The translations under genes were made by a program, and so were the position numbers. This document shows positions 57,101 to 64,000 of a DNA stretch of 64,000 bases, piece by piece. Source of the DNA: Eledone cirrhosa (lineage: Eukaryota); contig OZ024742.1 in NCBI GenBank assembly GCA_964016885.1, positions 169,012,001 to 169,076,000 on the forward strand, read 5' to 3'. Numbering within the stretch: the stretch's first letter is position 1; every line of letters begins with the position of its first letter. Under the pieces are notes generated by a model. It searched no databases. It saw nothing but the letters and a program-made list of their open reading frames with translations, and was not told the DNA's origin.

Positions 57101-60100
57101 TGATTTTTTTTACAAATTATCTCCGCCTGATTTTTTTAAATATTATCTTCTCTTGGCTGGCGGGAAATTATCTCCCCTTGGACGGCTGGAAATTATCTCC
57201 CCTTGATTTTTTTTACAAATTATCTCCCCCTGATTTTTTTTTACAAATTATCTCCCCCTGATTTTTTTTTACAAATTATCTCCCCCTGATTTTTTTTACA
57301 AATTATCTCCCCCTGATTTTTTTACAAATTATCTCCCCTTGGCTGGCTGGAAATTATCTCCTCTTGGAGGCTGGAATTTATCTCCCCTTGGACGGCTAGA
57401 AATTACCTCTCCTTGGACGGCTGGAAAATATGTCCTTGGACGGCTGGATATTATCTACCCTTGGACGGCTGGAAATTATCTCCCCTTGGACGGCTGGAAA
57501 TTATCTCCCCTTGGACGGCTAGATATTACCTCCCCTTGGACGGCTGGAAATTATCTCCCCTTGATTTTTTTTACAAATTATCTCCCCCTGATTTTTTTTT
57601 ACAAATTATCTCCCCCTGATTTTTTTTTACAAATTATCTACCCCTGATTTTTTTTTACAAATTATCTCCCCCTGATTTTTTTACAAATTATCTCCCCCTG
57701 ATTTTTTTTACAAATTATCTCCCCTTGGACGGCTGGAAATTATCTCCCCTTGGACGGCTAGAAATTACCTCCCCTTGGACGGCTAGAAATTACCTCTCAT
57801 TGGACGGCTGAAAATTACCTCCCCTTGGAAGGCTGGAAATTATCTCCCCTTGATTTTTTTACAAATTATCTCCCCCTGATTTTTTTTTACAAATTATCTC
57901 CCCCTGATTTTTTTTTTACAAATTATCTCCGCCTGATTTTTTTTTAAAATTATCTCTCCTTGGACGGCTGGATATTATCTCCCCTTTCATTTTTTTTACA
58001 AATTATCTCCCCCTGATTTTTTTTTACAAATTATCTCCCCCTGATTTTTTTTACAAATTATCTCCCCCTGATTTTTTTTTACAAATTATCTCCCCCTGAT
58101 TTTTTTTACAAATTATCTCCTCCTGATTTTTTTTACAAATTATCTCCCCCTGATTTTTTTACAAATTATCTCCCCCTGATTTTTTTTACAAATTATCTCC
58201 GCCTAATTTTTTTAAATATTATCTTCCCTTGGCTGGCGGGAAATTATCTCCCCTTGGACGGCTGAAAATTATCTCCCCTTGGACGGCTGGAAATTATCTC
58301 CCCTTGATTTTTTTACAAATTATCTCCCCCTGATTATTTTTTACAAATTTTCTCCCCCTGATTTTTTTTTACAAATTATCTCCCTCTGATTTTTTTACAA
58401 ATTATCTCCCCTTGGCTGGCTGGAAATTATCTCCCCTTGGAGGCTGGAATTTATCTCCCCTTGGACGGTTAGAAATTACCTCTCCTTGGACTGCTGGAAA
58501 ATATGTCTCCTTGGACGGCTGGAAATTATCTCCCCTTGGACGGCTGGAAATTATCTCCCCTTGGACGGCTGGAAATTATCTCTCCTCGGACGACTAGAAA
58601 TTACCTCTCCTTGGACAGCTGAAAATTATCTCCCCTTGGACGGCTGGAAATTATCTCCCCTTGATTTTTTTTACAAATTATCTCCCCCTGATTTTTTTTT
58701 ACAAATTATCTCCCCCTGATTTTTTTTTACAAATTATCTCCCCCTGATCTTTTTTACAAATTATCTCCCCCTGATATTTTTTACAAATTATCTCCCCCTC
58801 ATTTTTTTACAAATTATCTCCCCTTGGCTGGCTGGAAATTATCTCCCCTTGGAGGCTGGAATTTATCTCCCCTTGGACGGCTAGAAATTACCTCGCCTTG
58901 GACGGCTGGAAAATATGTCTCCTTAGACGGCTGGAAATTATCTCCCCTTGGACGGCTGGAAATTATCTCCCCTTGGACGGCTGGAAATTATCTCCCCTTG
59001 GACGGCTAGATATTACCTCCCCTTGGACGGCTGGAAATTATCTCCCCTTGATTTTTTTTACAAATTATCTCCCCCTGATTTTTTTTTACAAATTATCTCC
59101 ACCTGATTTTTTTTTACGAATTATCTCCCCCTGATTTTTTTTTACAAATTATCTCCGCCTGATTTTTTTTTAAAAATTATCTCCCCTTGAACGGCTGGAA
59201 ATTATCTCCCCTTGGACGGCTGGAAATTATCTCCCCTTGGACGGCTAGAAATTACCTCTCCTTGGACGGCTGAAAATTATCTCCCCTTGGACGGCTGCAA
59301 ATTATCTCCCCTTGATTTTTTAACAAATTATCTCCACCTGATTTTTTTTTACAAATTATCTCCCCCTATTTTTTTTTACAAATTATCTACGCCTAATTTT
59401 TTTTACAAATTATGTCCCCCTGATTTTTTTTTACAAATTATCTCCCCCTGATTTTTTTTACAAATTATCTCCCCCTGATTTTTTTTTACAAATTATTTCC
59501 CCCTGATTTTTTTACAAATTATCTCCCCCCTGATTTTTTTTACAATCTCCGCCTGATTTTTTTAAAAATTATCTTCCCTTGGCTGGCGGGAAATTATCTC
59601 CCCTTGGACGGCTGGAAATTATATCCCCTTGGAAGGATGGAAATTATCTCCCCTTGGACGGCTGGAAATTATCTCCCCTTGGACGGCTGGAAATTATCTC
59701 CCCTTGGACAGCTGGAAATTATCTGCCCTTGATTTTGTTTTTACAAATTATCTCCCCCTGATTTTTTTTACAAATTATCTCCACCTGATTTTTTAAAAAA
59801 TTATCTCCCCTTGGACGGCTGGAAATTATCTCCCCTTGGCTCGAAATTATCTCCCCTTGGACGGCTAGAAATTATCTCTCTTTGGACGGCTGGAAATTAT
59901 CTCCCTTTGATTTTTTTTACAAATTATCTCCCCCTGATTTTTTTTACAAATTATCTCCCCTTGGATGGCTGGAAATTATCTCCCCTTGGACGGCTGGAAA
60001 TTATCTCCCCTTGGACGGCTAGAAATTACCTCTCCTTGGACGACTGAAAATTATCTCCCCTTGGACGGCTGCAAATTATCTCCCCTTGATTTTTTTTACA

Positions 60101-63100
60101 AATTATCTCCGCCTGATTTTTTTTTAAAAATTATCTCCCCTTGGACGGCTGGAAATTACCTCCCCTTGGACGGCTGGAAATTATCTCCCCTTGGACGGCT
60201 AGAAATTACCTCTCATTGGACGGCTGAAAATTATCTCCCCTTGGACGGCTGGAAATTATCTCCCCTTGATTTTTTTACAAATTATCTCCCCATGATTTTT
60301 TTTTACAAATTATCTCCGCCTGATTTTTTTTTTACAAATTATCTCCGCCTGATTTTTTTTTAAAATTATCTCTCCTTGGACGGCTGGATATTATCTCCCG
60401 TTTCATTTTTTTTACAAATTATCTCCCCCTGATTTTTTTTTACAAATTATCTCCCCCTGATTTTTTTTTACAAATTATCTACCCCTAATTTTTTTTTACA
60501 AATTATCTCCCCCTGATTTTTTTTACAAATTATCTCCCCCTGATTTTTTTTTTACAAATTATCTCCCCCTGATTTTTTTTACAAATTATCTCCCCCTGAT
60601 TTTTTTTACAAATTATCTCCGCCTGATTTTTTTAAATATTATCTTCTCTTGGCTGGCGGGAAATTATCTCCCCTTGGACGGCTGGAAATTATCTCCCCTT
60701 GATTTTTTTTACAAATTATCTCCCTCTGATTTTTTTTACAAATTATCTCCCCCTGATTTTTTTTACAAATTATCTCCCCCTGATTTTTTTTACAAATTAT
60801 CTCCCCTTGGCTGGCTGGAAATTATCTCCTCTTGGAGGCTGGAATTTATCTCCCCTTGGACGGCTAGAAATTACCTCTCCTTGGACGGCTGGAAAATATG
60901 TCCTTGGACGGCTGGATATTATCTACCCTTGGACGGCTGGAAATTATCTCCCCTTGGACGGCTGGAAATTATCTCCCCTTGGACGGCTAGATATTACCTC
61001 CCCTTGGACGGCTGGAAATTATCTCCGCTTGATTTTTTTTACAAATTATCTCCCCCTGATTTTTTTTTACAAATTATCTCCCCCTGATTTTTTTTTACAA
61101 ATTATCTACCCCTGATTTTTTTTTACAAATTATCTCCCCCTGATTTTTTTTACAAATTATCTCCCCCTGATTTTTTTTTATAAATTATCTCCCCCTGATT
61201 TTTTTTTACAAATTATCTCCCCCTGATTTTTTTTTACAAATTATCTCCCCCTGATTTTTTTTTACAAATTATCTCCATCTGATTTTTTTTACAAATTATC
61301 TCCCCCTGATTTTTTTTACAAATTATCTCCCCCTGATTTTTTTACAAATTATCTCCCCCTGATTTTTTTTACAAATTATCTCCGCCTAATTTTTTTAAAT
61401 ATTATCTTCCCTTGGCTGGCGGGAAATTATCTCCCCTTGGACGGCTGAAAATTATCTCCCCTTGGACGGCTGGAAATTATCTCCCCCTGATTTTTTTACA
61501 AATTATCTCCCCCTGATTATTTTTTACAAATTATCTCCCCCTGATTTTTTTTTACAAATTATCTCCCTCTGATTTTTTTTACAAATTATCTCCCCTTGGC
61601 TGGCTGGAAATTATCTCCCCTTGGAGGCTGGAATTTATCTCCCCTTGGACGGTTAGAAATTACCTCTCCTTGGACTGCTGGAAAATATGTCTCCTTGGAC
61701 GGCTGGAAATTATCTCCCCTTGGACGGCTGGAAATTATCTCCCCTTGGACGGCTGGAAATTATCTCTCCTCGGACGACTAGAAATTACCTCTCCTTGGAC
61801 AGCTGAAAATTATCTCCCCTTGGACGGCTGGAAATTATCTCCCCTTGATTTTTTTTACAAATTATCTCCCCCTGATTTTTTTTTACAAATTATCTCCCCC
61901 TGATTTTTTTTTACAAATTATCTCCCCCTGATTTTTTTTACAAATTATCTCCCCCTGATATTTTTTACAAATTATCTCCCCCTGATTTTTTTACAAATTA
62001 TCTCCCCTTGGCTGGCTGGAAATTATCTCCCCTTGGAGGCTGGAATTTATCTCCCCTTGGACGGCTAGAAATTACCTCGCCTTGGACGGCTGGAAAATAT
62101 GTCTCCTTGGACGGCTGGAAATTATCTCCCCTTGGACGGCTGGAAATTATCTCCCCTTGGACGGCTGGAAATTATCTCCCCTTGGACGGCTAGATATTAC
62201 CTCCCCTTGGACGGCTGGAAATTATCTCCCCTTGATTTTTTTTACAAGTTATCTCCCCCTGATTTTTTTTTACAAATTATCTCCCCCTGATTTTTTTTTA
62301 CGAATTATCTCCCCCTGATTTTTTTTTACAAATTATCTCCGCCTGATTTTTTTTTAAAAATTATCTCCCCTTGAACGGCTGGAAATTATCTCCCCTTGGA
62401 CGGCTGGAAATTATCTCCCCTTGGACGGCTAGAAATTACCTCTCCTTGGACGGCTGAAAATTATCTCCCCTTGGACGGCTGCAAATTATCTCCCCTTGAT
62501 TTTTTAACAAATTATCTCCCCCTGATTTTTTTTTACAAATTATCTCCCCCTGATTTTTTTTTACAAATTATCTACGCCTAATTCTTTTTACAAATTATCT
62601 CCCCCTGATTTTTTTTTACAAATTATCTCCCCCTGATTTTTTTTACAAATTATCTCCCCCTGATTTTTTTTTACAAATTATTTCCCCCTGATTTTTTTAC
62701 AAATTATCTATCCCCTGATTTTTTTACAATCTCCGCCTGATTTTTTTAAAAATTATCTTCCCTTGGCTGGCGGCAAATTATCTCCCCTTGGACGGCTGGA
62801 AATTATATCCCCTTGGAAGGATGGAAATTATCTCCCCTTGGACGGCTGGAAATTATCTCCCCTTGGACGGCTGGAAATTATCTCCCCTTGGACAGCTGGA
62901 AATTATCTGCCCTTGATTTTGTTTTTACAAATTATCTCCCCCTGATTTTTTTTACAAATTATCTCCACCTGATTTTTTTAAAAATTATCTCCCCTTGGAC
63001 GGCTGGAAATTATCTCCCTTTGATTTTTTTACAAATTATCTCCCCCTGATTTTTTTTTACAAATTATCTCCCCCTGATTTTTTTTTACAAATTATCTCCC

Positions 63101-63500
63101 CCTGATTTTTTTTTACAAATTATCTCCCCCTGATTTTTTTTACAAATTATCTCCCCCTGATTTTTTTACAAATTATCTCCCCTTGGCTGGCTGGAAATTA
63201 TCTCCCCTTGGAGGCTGGAATTTATCTCCCCTTGGACGGCTAGAAATTACCTCTCCTTGGACGGCTGGAAAATATGTCCTTGGACGGCTGGATATTATCT
63301 ACCCTTGGACGGCTGGAAATTATCTCCCCTTGGACGGCTGGAAATTATCTCCCCTTGGACGGCTAGATATTACCTCCCCTTGGACGGCTGGAAATTATCT
63401 CCCCTTGATTTTTTTTACAAATTATCTCCCCCTGATTTTTTTTTACAAATTATCTCCCCCTGATTTTTTTTTACAAATTATCTACCCCTGATTTTTTTTT
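45150..63500 (+). repeat. Right HOR domain: ~6.5-6.6 kb unit (two near-complete copies plus a partial third) of a distinct variant lineage
   Basis: ORF pairs 45326/51949 and 45845/52468 (6623), 47657/54282 (6625), 49244/55786 (6542). A third partial copy gives 59811, 61596 and 62763. Variants seen only in this domain: GGACGGTTAG, GGACTGCTGG, GGCGGCAAA, CCCGTTTCAT, CCCCATGA, ACAAGTTATC. Confidence 0.87.
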
Positions 63501-64000
63501 ACAAATTATCTCCCCCTGATTTTTTTTTTACAAATTATCTCACCCTGATTTTTTTTACAAATTATCAGTCCCTGATTTTTTTACAAATTATCTCCCCTTG
63601 GCTGGCTGGAAATTATCTCCCCTTGGAGGCTGGAATTTTTCTCCCCTTGGACGGCTAGAAATTACCTCTTCTTGGACGGCTGGAAAATATGTCTCCTTGG
63701 ACGGCTGGATATTATCTACCCTTGGACGGCAGGAAATTATCTCCCCTTGGACGGCTGGAAATTATCTCCTCTTGGACGGCTAGATATTACCTCCCCTTGG
63801 ACGGCTGGAAATTATCTCCCCTTGATTTTTTTACAAATTATCTCCCCCTGATTTTTTTACAAATTATCTCCCCCTGATTTTTTTTACAAATTATCTCCGC
63901 CTAATTTTTTTAAATATTATCTTCCCTTGGCTGGCTGGAAATTATCTCCCCTTGGAGGCTGGAATTTATCTCCCCTTGGACGGCTAGAAATTACCTCTCC

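Larger units (their letters stand above)
1..64000. repeat. Composite two-monomer tandem satellite array spanning the whole window and continuing past both edges
   Basis: The core AAATTATCTCCCC, or a 1-3 nt variant, recurs every 21-29 bp from base 1 to 64000 in a single orientation. I saw no unique sequence and no inversion. Confidence 0.99.

Noticed and set aside
496-63877. The many 60-176 aa ORFs on the + strand (WKLSPLGRLEIISPWTAGNYLPLDG-type peptides)
   Set aside because: They are the 25-bp monomer read through its three frames. They mostly start at TTG, overlap in different frames, and are opened or closed by T-tract length. They show no domain-like content and no sign of frame conservation.
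1-64000. CRISPR array (constant repeat plus spacers)
   Set aside because: The linkers are only ~12-16 nt and of two recurring types, not unique 25-45 nt spacers. There is no leader and no cas gene.
1-64000. Telomerase-synthesised long telomeric repeat (25-bp units exist in some budding yeasts, and the array is strand-asymmetric)
   Set aside because: It matches no telomere repeat I know. Variants are copied in multi-kb blocks, which indicates recombinational amplification and not templated re-synthesis. A subtelomeric location is not excluded.
1-64000. G-quadruplex array on the minus strand (G4-5 tract in every monomer)
   Set aside because: The G tracts are separated by ~21-24 nt, far longer than canonical 1-7 nt loops, so a stable G4 is not supported by sequence alone.
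1-64000. Pure sequencing or assembly artefact (concatemer or collapsed repeat)
   Set aside because: Nested, position-specific shared variants and small differences between copies fit real array evolution. Exact HOR copy number and order still need read-level validation.
1-64000. A/B run pattern as an information-bearing code or synthetic data-storage DNA
   Set aside because: The pattern is explained by block duplication of a few cassettes with natural-looking point mutations, and long homopolymers are avoided in designed DNA.

Overview
The whole 64 kb window is one uninterrupted, non-coding, head-to-tail satellite array. I find no credible genes, RNA genes, transposons or CRISPR array, and every ORF in the track is a translation of the repeat. 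Two monomers share the core AAATTATCTCCCC. Monomer A is GGACGGCTGGAAATTATCTCCCCTT (25 bp, ~52% GC, one CpG). Monomer B is GA(T7-10)ACAAATTATCTCCCCCT (26-29 bp, ~30% GC). They alternate as runs of A and runs of B, roughly 2,400 monomers in total (64,000/~26, an estimate). Diagnostic variants show nested organisation: monomer, then ordered cassettes of 3-10 A monomers, then ~0.5-0.6 kb modules, then multi-kb higher-order repeats (HORs). The HOR period changes along the window: ~9.2-9.4 kb with an ~18.55 kb super-period (0.3-29.9 kb), a 2,523 bp tandem duplication, ~4.74 kb units (29.9-42 kb) and ~6.6 kb units of a distinct variant lineage (45-63.5 kb). Several recombination breakpoints can be read directly. 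The architecture is typical of eukaryotic centromeric, pericentromeric or subtelomeric satellite DNA, but I do not recognise the family or the organism, and any function is inference. All alignments were done by eye, so boundaries are approximate.
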